NCBI GenBank assembly: GCA_043797615.1
Contig: JAZDPK010000048.1
Span: 22 to 64,021 of the forward strand
From: Parcubacteria group bacterium
GTDB taxonomy: Bacteria; Patescibacteriota; Patescibacteriia; UBA11705; JABHMO01
Length of the DNA: 64,000 nucleotides
Direction of reading: 5' to 3'
Positions 11,561-21,346 of the stretch are shown here, in pieces; position 1 is the first letter of the stretch, and every line of letters starts with the position of its first letter. Both the position numbers and the translations under genes were made by a program. Under the pieces are notes generated by a model that searched no databases, was not told where the DNA came from, and saw only the letters and a program-made list of their open reading frames with translations.

Positions 11561-12655
11561 ATGATCGGAAATATTTCCGACAAGCTGCGCAAATTCGACT
11601 GGGCGCTCGCGGCCGCGGTCTTTTTGCTTTTCTGCCTGGGCTTGGCTGCGATTTACAGCGTCAGCTTGAGTAAAGCCGTGCCTGATTTCGGCAATTTCCG
11701 CAAGCAGATCGTCTTCGGCGCGGTCGGATTCGCCGCGCTCGTTTTTTTCGGCGTGAGCAATTATTCCGGCCTGCGCGTGTACAGCCGGCTGGTTCAAGTC
11801 ACCACCGTGATTCTGCTCGTCCTGGTGCTGTTCATCGGCTCCATCGTCCACGGCACGAAAGGCTGGTTCATGATCGCCGGCTTCGGTCTCCAGCCGGTGG
11901 AGTTCGCGAAAATCGCGCTCATAATCGTCCTGGCCAGGTTTTTCAGCAACCGGTTCCAGCATTTTCAAATCGCCAAGCATATTATCATTAGCTTGTTCAT
12001 AACGCTCAGCTTCGTTATTCTTGTCGCGCTCCAGCCAGATCTCGGATCGGCCATTGTTCTTATGGGAATCTGGCTTCTGCTCCTGGCGTTCACCGGCCTG
12101 CCGAAGAGGTATTTCCTGTTCATGCTTTTCATCGCGCTTGTTTTGGCGGCAATCGCGTGGACCGGCTTTCTGGCCGACTATCAGCAGAGCCGCATTTTGA
12201 CTTTTCTGCATCCGACGAGCGATCCTTTAGGCGGCGGCTATAACGTCACCCAGTCGATCATCGCCATCGGCTCCGGCCATTTTTTCGGCCGAGGGCTCGG
12301 GTCCGGCTCGCAGAGCCAACTGCGCTTCATTCCGGAGAGCCAGACGGATTTCATCTTCGCGGTGATTGCGGAGGAGCTCGGGCTTTTCGGCGTCTTCCTG
12401 GTGCTCGCGTTTTTCGCGGTGATTTTGTACCGGCTGTTCGCCATCGCGCGCCGCGCCCGGGACGACTTCGGCCTTTTCCTGTGCCTCGGCATCGCCTGCG
12501 TGTTTTTCATCCACCTTTTCGTCAACGTCGGAATGAACATGGGGCTGATGCCGGTGGCCGGCATTTCTCTGCCGTTTCTAAGCTACGGCGGCAGTTTTCT
12601 CGTTTCATGTCTGATTATGGTCGGCATTGCGGAGAGCGTGGCGGTGAGGAGATGA
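11561..12655 (+). CDS. SEDS-family peptidoglycan polymerase (FtsW/RodA)
   Basis: 364 aa, polytopic. Typical SEDS blocks: GFGLQPVEFAKIALII, DLGSAIVL, GGGYNVTQSIIAIGSGHFFGRGLG, PESQTDFIFAVIAEELG, GISLPFLSYGGS. Confidence 0.9.
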   Translation: MIGNISDKLRKFDWALAAAVFLLFCLGLAAIYSVSLSKAVPDFGNFRKQIVFGAVGFAALVFFGVSNYSGLRVYSRLVQVTTVILLVLVLFIGSIVHGTKGWFMIAGFGLQPVEFAKIALIIVLARFFSNRFQHFQIAKHIIISLFITLSFVILVALQPDLGSAIVLMGIWLLLLAFTGLPKRYFLFMLFIALVLAAIAWTGFLADYQQSRILTFLHPTSDPLGGGYNVTQSIIAIGSGHFFGRGLGSGSQSQLRFIPESQTDFIFAVIAEELGLFGVFLVLAFFAVILYRLFAIARRARDDFGLFLCLGIACVFFIHLFVNVGMNMGLMPVAGISLPFLSYGGSFLVSCLIMVGIAESVAVRR

Positions 12656-12660
12656 AAAAA

Positions 12661-12782
12661 TTATTCTAATTATTTTAATTAATCTAATTAACCTAAATAA
12701 TAATCAATGTCCAATTTAACAACCCAAATAATTTTAGGATTTATTTAGAATAATTAGTATAATTAGAACAATTAGTGTAATT
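12661..12782. repeat. taattag-word palindromic spacer element, copy 1
   Basis: The left arm (ttattctaattattttaattaatctaattaacctaaataa) is mirrored by the right arm (ttatttagaataattagtataattagaacaattag). Confidence 0.8.
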
Positions 12783-12793
12783 TAAGTTTCGGT

Positions 12794-12822
12794 TTGACAA
12801 TTTTTTATTCTTTTGATATACT
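12794..12822 (+). promoter_or_regulatory. sigma70-like promoter candidate
   Basis: TTGACA (12794-12799), 17 nt, TATACT (12817-12822), 28 nt upstream of the 12850 ATG. Confidence 0.5.
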
Positions 12823-12849
12823 CGTTTCACAAAAACCTCGCAAAAAATT

Positions 12850-13173
12850 ATGTTTCCTGATCAATACAAATCGCTGAAGCTCGTCTCCGATTGCCCGGTC
12901 TGCCGGCGCAAGAATTTTCCGTCCGACATCAAGATGGTGGAGGAGGGCGAAGACGCCCATCTCCTGCACGTCCGCTGCCGAAATTGCGGCGGCTGCATCA
13001 TGGTTCTGGTGTCGTTCGGGCTGGAAGGCATGAACGTGTTCGGCGTGCTGACCGATCTCGGGCCGGAGGAGGCGGGAAGCGTTATGAAGCGCGGTCCGCT
13101 GTCGGCCGACGACGTGCTGAAAGTGCACGAAGTTTTGCACGGCAAGAATTTTTTTTCTGAAATGATTAAATAA
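12850..13173 (+). CDS. Zn-ribbon-like hypothetical protein
   Basis: 107-aa ORF with CPVCRRK...CRNCGGC. Confidence 0.55.
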   Translation: MFPDQYKSLKLVSDCPVCRRKNFPSDIKMVEEGEDAHLLHVRCRNCGGCIMVLVSFGLEGMNVFGVLTDLGPEEAGSVMKRGPLSADDVLKVHEVLHGKNFFSEMIK

Positions 13174-13334
13174 TTTATATAAGTAACAAATAACAACATG
13201 ATCAACGTGATCTGCAACTGATCAACCCCTCGACTCCTCGATAAACTCGGAGCTCGGGGCAGGCAAAATTTGTCTTGAATGTTCAGTTATGGACAAATCA
13301 GTTGCGAAAAAATGTTTTATCATGTTGTAGCTAT

Positions 13335-14024
13335 ATGATTTACGATTTGCAAGCGACAAAACGCGACCGATTCGGCAAAATCCTTTTTAACATGCGCAAA
13401 GTCGGCATGCTGCCGGCGGTTATTTATGGACCGGAATTGAAACAAAGCGACCCGATATTTTTGAAATTCAACGATTTTGTCAAAGTTTTTCAGAAAGCCG
13501 GCGAAAGTTCGCTGATCAATCTGGCGATCGACGGCGAAAGCAAGCCGCGCGAAGTGCTGGTGAAGGACGTGGCGTACGACGCGGTGAAGGACGTGCCGAT
13601 CCACATTGATTTTTATCAAATCAAGCAAGGACAGAAATTGGAACTCGACATCGTCATTGAATTCATCGGCGAAGCGCCGGCGGTCAAGGAAGCGGGCGGC
13701 ATCCTCATCAAGAACTTGCACAATCTTTCCATCCGCTGTTTGCCGAAGGATATTCCGGAAAAAGTGCAGGTTGATCTATCCTCATTGAAAGCGATCGACG
13801 ATAAGATTCATGTCAAAGATATAATTATTTCGGAAACGATCGAAATTCTGCAAGACGCGAACGACGTGGTGGTCTTGGTTTCGGCGCCGGTCGAGGAAGA
13901 AGCCGAAGTGAAGCCGGAAGTGGCGGCGGCCGACATCCCGACGGTTGAAGGCGAGAAGAAGGACGAGGAAAAGGCGGAAAGCGAGGAAGAAGGCAAAGAC
14001 AAGAAAGCGGAAGCGAAGAAATAA
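13335..14024 (+). CDS. rplY: 50S ribosomal protein L25 (Ctc form)
   Basis: ORF 13275..14024 trimmed to MIYDLQATKRDRFGK. LPAVIYGP, VLVKDVAYDAVKDVPIHIDFYQI and a second beta-domain, followed by an acidic/lysine-rich tail. Confidence 0.88.
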   Translation: MIYDLQATKRDRFGKILFNMRKVGMLPAVIYGPELKQSDPIFLKFNDFVKVFQKAGESSLINLAIDGESKPREVLVKDVAYDAVKDVPIHIDFYQIKQGQKLELDIVIEFIGEAPAVKEAGGILIKNLHNLSIRCLPKDIPEKVQVDLSSLKAIDDKIHVKDIIISETIEILQDANDVVVLVSAPVEEEAEVKPEVAAADIPTVEGEKKDEEKAESEEEGKDKKAEAKK

Positions 14025-14050
14025 TCCAGTAAAAATTTGCTTAATAAAAA

Positions 14051-14086
14051 AAAGTGCTCTATTATTCATAGTAGAGTGCTTTTTAA
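14051..14086 (+). terminator. rho-independent terminator candidate
   Basis: aaagtgctcta pairs with tagagtgcttt (two G-U pairs when read as + strand RNA), followed by TTTT. Lies 27 nt after the rplY stop. Confidence 0.45.
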
Positions 14087-14087
14087 A

Positions 14088-14218
14088 ATTATTCTAATTA
14101 ACCTAATTGTTCTAATTATTCTAAACAATATCCAAATCGGAATCAAGCCCCAAATTATTTTGGAAGTTGGGATTTATTTAGAGCAATTAGCGCAATTAGA
14201 ATAATTAGGTCAATTCGT
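14088..14218. repeat. taattag-word palindromic spacer element, copy 2
   Basis: attattctaattaacctaattgttctaattattctaaa ... tttagagcaattagcgcaattagaataattaggtcaatt. Confidence 0.8.
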
Positions 14219-14219
14219 T

Positions 14220-15257
14220 ATGCTGAAGCGTAATATTCAATTTTATCTCATCGATCTCCTCCTGCTAGCCGCCATTTTCGGCGGCGGCGGATTTTATTAT
14301 TGGCGTTTGAATCATGAATCTTCTTCCGTTGCCGACGCCATCGTCGGGAAAATCAACGAGCAAAATTGCGAATCAAGGCGCAAGATCGACGGCGCGTGCA
14401 TTGACGGCAAAACGGAATCGTTCGTCTATGCCGCGATGATCGACAATATGAACGTCGCCCGGCCGGCATACGGATTAAGCCGGGCCAGCCTGGTTTACGA
14501 AGCGATCGCCGAAGCGCCGATCACCAGATTCATCGCGTTTTTTTCCGGCGACGAAAAGATCGATCGCATCGGGCCGGTTCGCTCGACCCGACCGTACTAT
14601 GTCGATTGGGTGAAAGAAATCAACGGCGTTTACAGCCATGTGGGCGGCAGTCCGGACGCGCTTATGACTTTATTGAATTATGATTTTGATTTGAACGAAT
14701 TCACGAGCAACGAATATTTCTGGCGCAGCGATAATCACTTGGCGCCGCATAATGTTTTCACTTCTTCCGATTTGGTTTTAAAAGCGATTGAAGAAAAAAA
14801 TTGGCAGTTGCCAGCGGATTTCGGCAGCTGGATTTTCAAGCCGGACGCGGCAATGGCCGATCGGCCGGAAGCGCAGACGGTGAGCGTTGATTTCGCCAAT
14901 CCGGTATACAACGTCAAATGGGAATACGGCAAGGAAACAAACGATTATCTGCGCTCGGAAGGCGGCGTTGCGCAAAAAGATGCGGACAATGGAGCGGAAA
15001 TCAGAGCGAAAAACGTGGCGGTGATGTACGTTTCCAGCCGCGTGATCGATGCCGTGGGCCGGCGTTCGACGAAAACGATCGGCGGCGGGGAAGCGGTCGT
15101 GTTTCAGGACGGCAAAGCAACGACCGGAACTTGGAAGCGCGACGGATTGAATTCGCGCACGCGTTTTTTCGACGATGCGGGCAAAGAAATTTCGTTTAAC
15201 GCCGGAACGACCTGGATCGAAGCGGTGCCCGGGCATTTTCCGAAGGTGAGCTGGTAA
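14220..15257 (+). CDS. DUF3048 (YerB-like) protein
   Basis: 345 aa with an N-terminal TM helix. AAMIDNMNVARPAYGLSRASLVYEAIAEAPITRFIAFF and GPVRSTRPYY match the YerB/DUF3048 pattern. Confidence 0.8.
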   Translation: MLKRNIQFYLIDLLLLAAIFGGGGFYYWRLNHESSSVADAIVGKINEQNCESRRKIDGACIDGKTESFVYAAMIDNMNVARPAYGLSRASLVYEAIAEAPITRFIAFFSGDEKIDRIGPVRSTRPYYVDWVKEINGVYSHVGGSPDALMTLLNYDFDLNEFTSNEYFWRSDNHLAPHNVFTSSDLVLKAIEEKNWQLPADFGSWIFKPDAAMADRPEAQTVSVDFANPVYNVKWEYGKETNDYLRSEGGVAQKDADNGAEIRAKNVAVMYVSSRVIDAVGRRSTKTIGGGEAVVFQDGKATTGTWKRDGLNSRTRFFDDAGKEISFNAGTTWIEAVPGHFPKVSW

Positions 15258-15512
15258 GGATAGGTATGATCAAGTGCAAAAAATGCACAAGTTCAATGTA
15301 AATTAATTTATACATTCAAACATATTTGATTCAGGATAGATTTAAAAAATCAGTTATCCGGAAATTCCGGATAACTGCCGCAAACGGAAAATATTGGAAC
15401 AAAAATGTATGGATTGGAGTTGTTTCCATCTTGGAAATAACTGCCAATAACGGTAAAATATCGCATAAAATTTTGTAAACTTTTCGCCGAATTTTTATTT
15501 AAAAAAAAACTC

Positions 15513-15911
15513 ATGAAAAAAATACCGGACAATCAAATCGCTTTTTATCAATCGCCGGACGGATCGGTAAATATCGAGGTTTTATTTGCCGAAGAAAATA
15601 TCTGGCTTTCTCAAAAAAAGATTGCGGAGCTTTTTGATACGACGCCTCAAAATATCACCCAGCATATTAAGAATATTTATGCGGAAGGAGAGGTTGAGCG
15701 AAATGCAACTTGTAAGGATTTCTTACAAGTTCAAAAAGAAGGAATAAGGGAAGTTGAGCGAAGTACGTCGCTGTATTCATTGTAAGCCGTGATCGCCGTC
15801 GGTTATCGTGTGAACTCCGAACGAGGCGCGCAATTCCGCCAATGGGCCACCGGAATCTTAAAAAATTACATTCACAAGTTTGGTGTGTTTAATTTGATAA
15901 ATTTTCTATGA
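15513..15911 (+). pseudogene. RhuM-like protein, N-terminal fragment with in-frame TAA
   Basis: ORF 15513..15785 (IAFYQSPDGSVNIEVLFAEENIWLSQKKIAELF...NITQHIKNIY) stops at TAA 15783-15785. The same frame continues AVIAVGYRVNSERGAQFRQWATGILKNYI, the conserved RhuM core, then ends at 15909-15911, far short of a full-length RhuM. Confidence 0.7.
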
Positions 15912-16786
15912 CTGTCTCCCTCGGCATCGGACTCGCTTTCCTCGCCATGCTCTTCTGGGGTTTCGGTGATTTTTTAATTCAGAAATCAGCCAGAAAAGTG
16001 GGGGATTGGGAAACGCTTTTCTTTATCACTTTTTTCGGCGCGATCGTTTTGGCGCCTTTTGTTTGGAAAGACTTGCCCGATTTGCTGAACGGCGATCATA
16101 AAGCGTTATTGGTGATATTGGTCGCCAGCGTTTCGCTGTTAATTGCCGCGATCATTGATTTCGAAGCGCTGAAAAAAGGCAAATTGTCAATCGTTGAGCC
16201 GATTTGGTCTTTGGAAGTGCCGCTAGCCGCGTTTCTCGCGTTTTTTCTGATCAGTGAAAAGATTTCTTTTTATCAAATAATTTTCATCGCAATCCTGTTA
16301 ATTTGCCTGATGATGGTGTCTTTCCGCGAAAGAAGCTTGAAAATATCTTTTTTTCTGGAAAAAGGCGCGATCCTTGCCGTGCTCGGCGCGATTCTCATGG
16401 GAAGCGCGAACTTTTTCATGGGCTGGGGCGGCCGGGCGTCCGATCCGCTTATGGTGAATTTTTGCGCTGATATTTTCATGATGGTCGCGTCGATTATATA
16501 TATTGCGGCGCAACGCAAAGTGAATTGCCTGTTTTGCGATTTGAAAGCGAATTACAAGTTTCTGCTGCCGATGGCCTTGTTGGACAACGGCGCGTGGATC
16601 GCTTTTGTTTTGGCCATGACTTTGGCGCCGATCGCCGTGGCCACGGCTTTGTCGGAAAGCTACATTATCATCGCGGTATTGCTTGGTTTGTTTATAAACA
16701 AGGAAAAACTGCAATTCCACCAGAAAATCGGATTGGTCGGGGCGGTGGTGGCGGCGATAATATTGTCTATGATAACGTCATTCTAA
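15908..16786 (+). CDS. EamA/DMT-superfamily transporter
   Basis: 292 aa, about 10 TM helices in two similar halves. The N-terminus LAMLFWGFGDFLIQK is typical of EamA repeats. ATGA overlap with the upstream remnant. Confidence 0.8.
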   Translation: MTVSLGIGLAFLAMLFWGFGDFLIQKSARKVGDWETLFFITFFGAIVLAPFVWKDLPDLLNGDHKALLVILVASVSLLIAAIIDFEALKKGKLSIVEPIWSLEVPLAAFLAFFLISEKISFYQIIFIAILLICLMMVSFRERSLKISFFLEKGAILAVLGAILMGSANFFMGWGGRASDPLMVNFCADIFMMVASIIYIAAQRKVNCLFCDLKANYKFLLPMALLDNGAWIAFVLAMTLAPIAVATALSESYIIIAVLLGLFINKEKLQFHQKIGLVGAVVAAIILSMITSF

Positions 16787-16932
16787 AATTATACTAATTA
16801 ACCTAATTGAATTAATTATTCTAAATAAAAAATCAAAGAATAAAATCCCAAAATATTTTAGTGATTGAAATTTGGTTATTATGCATTATTTAGGTTAATT
16901 AAAATAATTAGAACAATTAGAATAATTGATAA
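16783..16932. repeat. taattag-word palindromic spacer element, copy 3
   Basis: tctaaaattatactaattaacctaattgaattaattattctaaataa ... ttatttaggttaattaaaataattagaacaattagaataatt. Confidence 0.8.
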
Positions 16933-16933
16933 T

Positions 16934-17617
16934 ATGAATTTATTTAATAGAATATTACTCATCTTGATAATCGTCGTTTTCGCGTCCGGCCTTTTGATTT
17001 ACGGCTGGAACTATATGCACGGACGCGACTTGTCGAAGCCGCCGGAATTCAAGGCGTCGTCTTTTCCGGATTTAAACGATTATTTTAAAATGGAGGAAGT
17101 GGCGAAAAATCTTTTCGGCGACGAATTGAATGGGAATAATACTTTGGCGACGGGTAACGGCGCCGGGCAAGTTGCGCAACCGAAAAACAGCTATGTTTAC
17201 TTTAAAAATTCCTTTCGATTGCAGACCGCCGGACAAACCAACGAACTGATTAAGAGTTTTCTGAACGATTTTCCGGAATTGAAGAAATCGCCCGTTGAAA
17301 ACTTGCTTTCACGGAAAATCGTAAACATCGATTTGCCCGCGTTAAACAAATCTTTGTTAACTTCAAAAATAAAAAGAAATAAGGAAGCCGCTTTGTTCGA
17401 CGAAAAAACAGGTGATTTGCAATTTAAACAGGAAAAATATCAAAACGAAGTGTTAATTTTTTTGGAAACGATTTCTCCTGAAATAATTTTAAAAACGAAA
17501 TTTCCGGATGAATCCGATTACATCGCCAGAATCAGTTGCGATCCGAAAAACGCGGCGGTCGCGCCGGAATTGGAAAATTTGAAGAACAATTTCCGCGACG
17601 TGGCGGCGGTGCAATGA
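16934..17617 (+). CDS. membrane-anchored hypothetical protein
   Basis: ORF 16865..17617 trimmed to MNLFNRILLILIIVVFASGLLIYGW. The upstream extension is translated from the taattag palindrome. Confidence 0.55.
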   Translation: MNLFNRILLILIIVVFASGLLIYGWNYMHGRDLSKPPEFKASSFPDLNDYFKMEEVAKNLFGDELNGNNTLATGNGAGQVAQPKNSYVYFKNSFRLQTAGQTNELIKSFLNDFPELKKSPVENLLSRKIVNIDLPALNKSLLTSKIKRNKEAALFDEKTGDLQFKQEKYQNEVLIFLETISPEIILKTKFPDESDYIARISCDPKNAAVAPELENLKNNFRDVAAVQ

Positions 17618-17699
17618 AATTGACAGATTTTTCAATGCGGTATAATATGTGGTGGTTGCGACAGGCGAATAAACGCCCCAAAAACCAAGGAGAGGGAAA

Positions 17700-18317
17700 A
17701 TGAACCTTGAAAAGAAAGTCTGCTTGCTGGCTTTGTTGCTCGCGGCAATAATGATCTGCGGTTGCCACAAGCCAGGCGTTGCCGGCCCGGCCGTGCCGCC
17801 GCAGACGAAAATGGATTTGGCCGACAGGGTTGTAATGGCGATGGCGCAGCACAAGTACGCGTCGTTCCGCGCGGTTACCAACGCGGCCGGCGGGAAATTG
17901 GTCATGCTCATGAATATCGGCGAAAGAGAGCCGATTCGGGAAAAGTACATTTTGTTGGTTAAAGGCCAACAGTGGAGATTCGTCGTCGAGCCGGCGCCGT
18001 TCAAAAAGGTGCCGATCAAGCCGGCATTCGCCAAACGCGAGCTGACTTTCACGAAAAAGGATTTTGATCAAGTTTTTCTGACCAATCCGAGCCTGGGAGT
18101 CCTGATCAATGTGATGCGAGTCAGGCTGAACGACTATTGGCGCCGGGGACTGATCGTTGATCCTGACATCTGCCTGAATTTAAGCTTTGAATTCTTCCCG
18201 GCCGAGCTCTATGCCGGCAAGGGAGGAACCGTGTATTTTGAAAAACACCGGTTGGCGCTGATTAATGGCGACCATTGGAATTATCAATATTCCAGCGGGC
18301 ACGCGCCGATAAAGTAG
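17700..18317 (+). CDS. putative lipoprotein, hypothetical
   Basis: 205 aa. Signal peptide MNLEKKVCLLALLLAAIMICGC and RBS aaggagaggg. Confidence 0.6.
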   Translation: MNLEKKVCLLALLLAAIMICGCHKPGVAGPAVPPQTKMDLADRVVMAMAQHKYASFRAVTNAAGGKLVMLMNIGEREPIREKYILLVKGQQWRFVVEPAPFKKVPIKPAFAKRELTFTKKDFDQVFLTNPSLGVLINVMRVRLNDYWRRGLIVDPDICLNLSFEFFPAELYAGKGGTVYFEKHRLALINGDHWNYQYSSGHAPIK

Positions 18318-18338
18318 ACTGTTTTATATTGAAACAAG

Positions 18339-18368
18339 AACGGCTTGGCGTCTCAAGCCGTTTTTTTA
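18339..18368 (+). terminator. rho-independent terminator
   Basis: cggcttg (18341-18347) pairs with caagccg (18354-18360), followed by TTTTTTT. Confidence 0.7.
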
Positions 18369-18395
18369 ATCGGCAAAGCTAATAAAATGGCGTGG

Positions 18396-18423
18396 TTGAC
18401 AAATCCGCAAATTTTTATATAAT
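18396..18423 (+). promoter_or_regulatory. sigma70-like promoter candidate
   Basis: TTGACA (18396-18401), 16 nt, TATAAT (18418-18423), upstream of the 18490 gene. Confidence 0.55.
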
Positions 18424-18489
18424 GTTCATTAATGTCCGATTGTCCATTTTGTCTTCAATCATAAATCGAGAAAGGGAAGGAGAAAGCGC

Positions 18490-18948
18490 ATGGCGGAAAA
18501 AAAGAACTCCGGCTGGTTTGGCAGGAATTTGGGAATTTTCGTTTTTGCTTTTCTGGGATTGATCCTTTCCGCGTCAATCTGGCTTATTCTGAAAAACAGC
18601 ATCGCCAGCAGGCCGGCGGAAGATGATTCTTTGATTGATCGTTTGAGCGCCGGATCGGCCGCGCCAGTGGCCGTTGAAACGCAGACGGCCGGCGAAAAGT
18701 CCTACGGCCGCTTTCAAGCCAAGGTCGCCGAATTGATCGAGGCGTACATCCGCGCCAATCTTGAAAACGATCTATTGAAGCCGAATGAAGAGTGCGTTGA
18801 AATCAGGATGACGCTTCAGTTGGATACGCCGGGCGGCAAGCCTGATAAAGAAGAATATTATGTCCGTTATCAGTTGACAACGGGTAAAATATTCTTTTAC
18901 AACAGCGCCGATTTCCCGCATTGCGCGGACAAACGCGCGGTGAAGTAG
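18490..18948 (+). CDS. membrane-anchored hypothetical protein
   Basis: 152 aa, RBS gggaaggag, one N-terminal TM helix. Confidence 0.6.
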   Translation: MAEKKNSGWFGRNLGIFVFAFLGLILSASIWLILKNSIASRPAEDDSLIDRLSAGSAAPVAVETQTAGEKSYGRFQAKVAELIEAYIRANLENDLLKPNEECVEIRMTLQLDTPGGKPDKEEYYVRYQLTTGKIFFYNSADFPHCADKRAVK

Positions 18949-19098
18949 TTTTCTTGCGTCCTTGCTGACGATTCAGCTGGGACGTTTTATTTTAAAAGAC
19001 CGCCGGTTTGGGCAGTCTTTGAAAACAAATCGTTATTGATAATTTTTTTGCAAGAATTTGCGCAGTTCGCGGGCGCACTCGGAACCGCCTTGAACTTG

Positions 19099-19141
19099 TT
19101 TTTGAAAATAAAACAGTCCCATGGTACAGGGCATGGGACTG
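19099..19141 (-). terminator. rho-independent terminator of prmC
   Basis: A 28-nt hairpin, cagtcccatg-gtacaggg-catgggactg (19114-19141), abuts the prmC stop. On the minus strand it is followed by ttttattttcaaaaa. Confidence 0.65.
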
Positions 19142-19975
19142 TTAAGCAAGTTGAATTTTTACTGCTCTGTTTTTACCGCTTAAATCTTTCAGAATATTGA
19201 TTTTTGTTTTTAGTATGTATTTACCGATAACGTTTTTCATGGAAGTTGTTTGTCGTGGATCGATTTCAATGAGAATGAATTTGGGCAGGTGTTTTAGCGA
19301 GGCAATTTGCTGAAACAGTTTATCGTATATTGCCAAACCGTTTTTTTCCGCGTAAAGCGCGTTTTGCGGCTCGTGTTTTAACGCACGGATTTTTTTACCG
19401 GGCAAATAGGGAAGATTGGCAACGATTATGTCGATTTTTTTATTGCAAATCGGTTTTAATAAATCGCCTTGATAAAATTTTATTCTATTTAAAACGTTGT
19501 GTCGTCCGGCGTTGCGTTTGGCGATCTTAAGCGCGGACGCGGAAATGTCGGTGGCGATAACACGGACGTTTGGAATATTTTTTGTAATGGAAATCGCGAT
19601 ACAGCCGGATCCGGCGCCGATGTCGGCGATTGTTTTGCTGTTTTGTTGTTTTGCTGTTTTGATTATTTCCTCCGTTAATAATTCCGTTTCCGGCCGCGGG
19701 ATTAAAACATTTTTATCGACAAAAAAATCCAGTCTGTAAAATTCTTTATTGTTGGTGATGTACGCGACAGGGCAGTGCGTCGCGCGTTTATCAATCAATG
19801 ATTTGAAATGTTTAAGTTGTTTCGTTGTTAATTCGTGTTCAGGATGAGCGAAAATAAATTCGCGCGATTTTTTCACGACGAAACTCAAAATAACCTCCGC
19901 GTCCAGAAGGGCGGAAGTTATTTTTTTCTGTTTAAGTTTTTTTGTTGCGTTGAAAAGCGCCGTTTTGATATTCAT
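19142..19975 (-). CDS. prmC: release-factor glutamine N5-methyltransferase PrmC/HemK
   Basis: 277 aa. IADIGAGSGCIAI (SAM motif I), VANLPYLP (a variant of NPPY), PRPETE. Directly downstream of prfA. Confidence 0.85.
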   Translation of the reverse strand: MNIKTALFNATKKLKQKKITSALLDAEVILSFVVKKSREFIFAHPEHELTTKQLKHFKSLIDKRATHCPVAYITNNKEFYRLDFFVDKNVLIPRPETELLTEEIIKTAKQQNSKTIADIGAGSGCIAISITKNIPNVRVIATDISASALKIAKRNAGRHNVLNRIKFYQGDLLKPICNKKIDIIVANLPYLPGKKIRALKHEPQNALYAEKNGLAIYDKLFQQIASLKHLPKFILIEIDPRQTTSMKNVIGKYILKTKINILKDLSGKNRAVKIQLA

Positions 19976-19983
19976 TTTATTGG

Positions 19984-20011
19984 CACTCCCATGCTACATA
20001 GCATGGGAGTG
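19984..20011. repeat. 28-nt hairpin between prfA and prmC (paralog of the prmC terminator hairpin)
   Basis: cactcccatgc-tacata-gcatgggagtg, compared with cagtcccatg-gtacaggg-catgggactg at 19114-19141. Confidence 0.75.
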
Positions 20012-20024
20012 TTTATCTTAGAAT

Positions 20025-21080
20025 TTATTTCTGCAATTTCAACTCCGCCATTTTCAAAGCGTCGATGATGACGTCGATGCGGCCGTTCATGATGTTTTCC
20101 ATGTTGTGCCAGCTTTCCTTGATGCGGTGGTCGGTCACCCGGTCCTGCGGGTAATTGTAAGTCCTAATTTTTTCGCTGCGGTCGCCGGTGCCGATCTGCG
20201 CGTTGCGGTCGGCGCCAAGTTCTTTTTTGCGTTTGTCCTCGGCCATTTCGTAGAGCCGGGAGCGGAGAACGGCCATCGCTTTTTCGCGGTTTTGCGCCTG
20301 CGAGCGCTCGTCCTGGCAATTGATCACGAGTCCGCTCGGCAAATGGGTGATGCGGACGGCGGAATAGGTGGTGTTGACGCTTTGACCGCCGTGACCGCCG
20401 GCGCAGAAGGTGTCGATCTTAAGATCTTTCGGATTGACTTGAATATCCACTTCCTCGGCTTCCGGCAAGACGGCCACGGTCGCGGCGGACGTGTGGATGC
20501 GGCCGCTTTTTTCCGTGTCCGGAACGCGCTGCACCCGGTGCGTGCCGCTTTCGTATTTCAGCGTGCCGTAAACGTTCCTTCCGGTTATTTCAAAAATTAT
20601 TTCCTTGAATCCGCCGATGCCGATGCGGTTCGACGAGAGGATTCTCACTTTCCATTTCTGCGCTTCGGCGAAATGCGAATACATCCTGAATAAATTGGCC
20701 GCGAACAGCGCCGCTTCGTCGCCTCCCGTGCCGGCGCGAATTTCCAGGATCGCGTTTTTTCTGTCTTTCGGATCCTGCGGCCGGAGCGCCTGGCCCAAGT
20801 CTTTTTCAATCCGGCCGATTTGCGGTTCGAGTGCCGCGATTTCTTCTTTGGCGATGGCGATAAGCTCGGCGTCCGTTGCCGTTTTCAGCGTTTCTTCCGC
20901 TTGTTTCAAATTGGAAACGGCTTTTTCGTATTTTTCAATGATGCCCATTATTTCTCTTAAATCGTTGTGTTCGGAAGTGGCAGTCTTCAATTTGCTCGGA
21001 TTATTTAAAACCGAAAAATCTTGAAGCTGTTGTTCAAGTTCGGCGCAACGTTTTTTTATCTGGTTTATCTTTTCGATCAT
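20025..21080 (-). CDS. prfA: peptide chain release factor 1
   Basis: 351 aa. [11 protein letters not shown] (GGQ motif), [26 protein letters not shown] (a PxT-type tripeptide region). Confidence 0.95.
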   Translation of the reverse strand: MIEKINQIKKRCAELEQQLQDFSVLNNPSKLKTATSEHNDLREIMGIIEKYEKAVSNLKQAEETLKTATDAELIAIAKEEIAALEPQIGRIEKDLGQALRPQDPKDRKNAILEIRAGTGGDEAALFAANLFRMYSHFAEAQKWKVRILSSNRIGIGGFKEIIFEITGRNVYGTLKYESGTHRVQRVPDTEKSGRIHTSAATVAVLPEAEEVDIQVNPKDLKIDTFCAGGHGGQSVNTTYSAVRITHLPSGLVINCQDERSQAQNREKAMAVLRSRLYEMAEDKRKKELGADRNAQIGTGDRSEKIRTYNYPQDRVTDHRIKESWHNMENIMNGRIDVIIDALKMAELKLQK

Positions 21081-21111
21081 ATTTATAAACTCTAAATACT
21101 AAATCCTAAAT

Positions 21112-21152
21112 CAGTGCAGCGCAGTCGTGCCGACAGGCTGCACTGCGCTGTC
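21112..21152. repeat. 41-nt conserved hairpin element, copy 2
   Basis: Exact copy of 4057-4097, between rpmE and prfA. Confidence 0.9.
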
Positions 21153-21346
21153 TAAACAAATTCAATCCCTCGACAAGCTCGGGATAAAATTCAAAGCACA
21201 AAATCCCGAAGTGATCCCGTTGGGATAAATCTAAAATTTAAAAAATAAATTTCAAAAATGAAAACTCACTTGGTAATTAACGATAACAAAGTAATCAACT
21301 ATTAAACCGATAAACAACGTTCTTTATCGTCAACTTTTCCCGTTTG

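Noticed and set aside
15783-15785. In-frame TAA in the RhuM-like gene as evidence of stop-codon reassignment
   Set aside because: TAA, TAG and TGA all terminate well-supported genes throughout the window (for example dnaK and gyrB end in TAA). The gene is also truncated at its 3' end. Ordinary pseudogenisation explains it.
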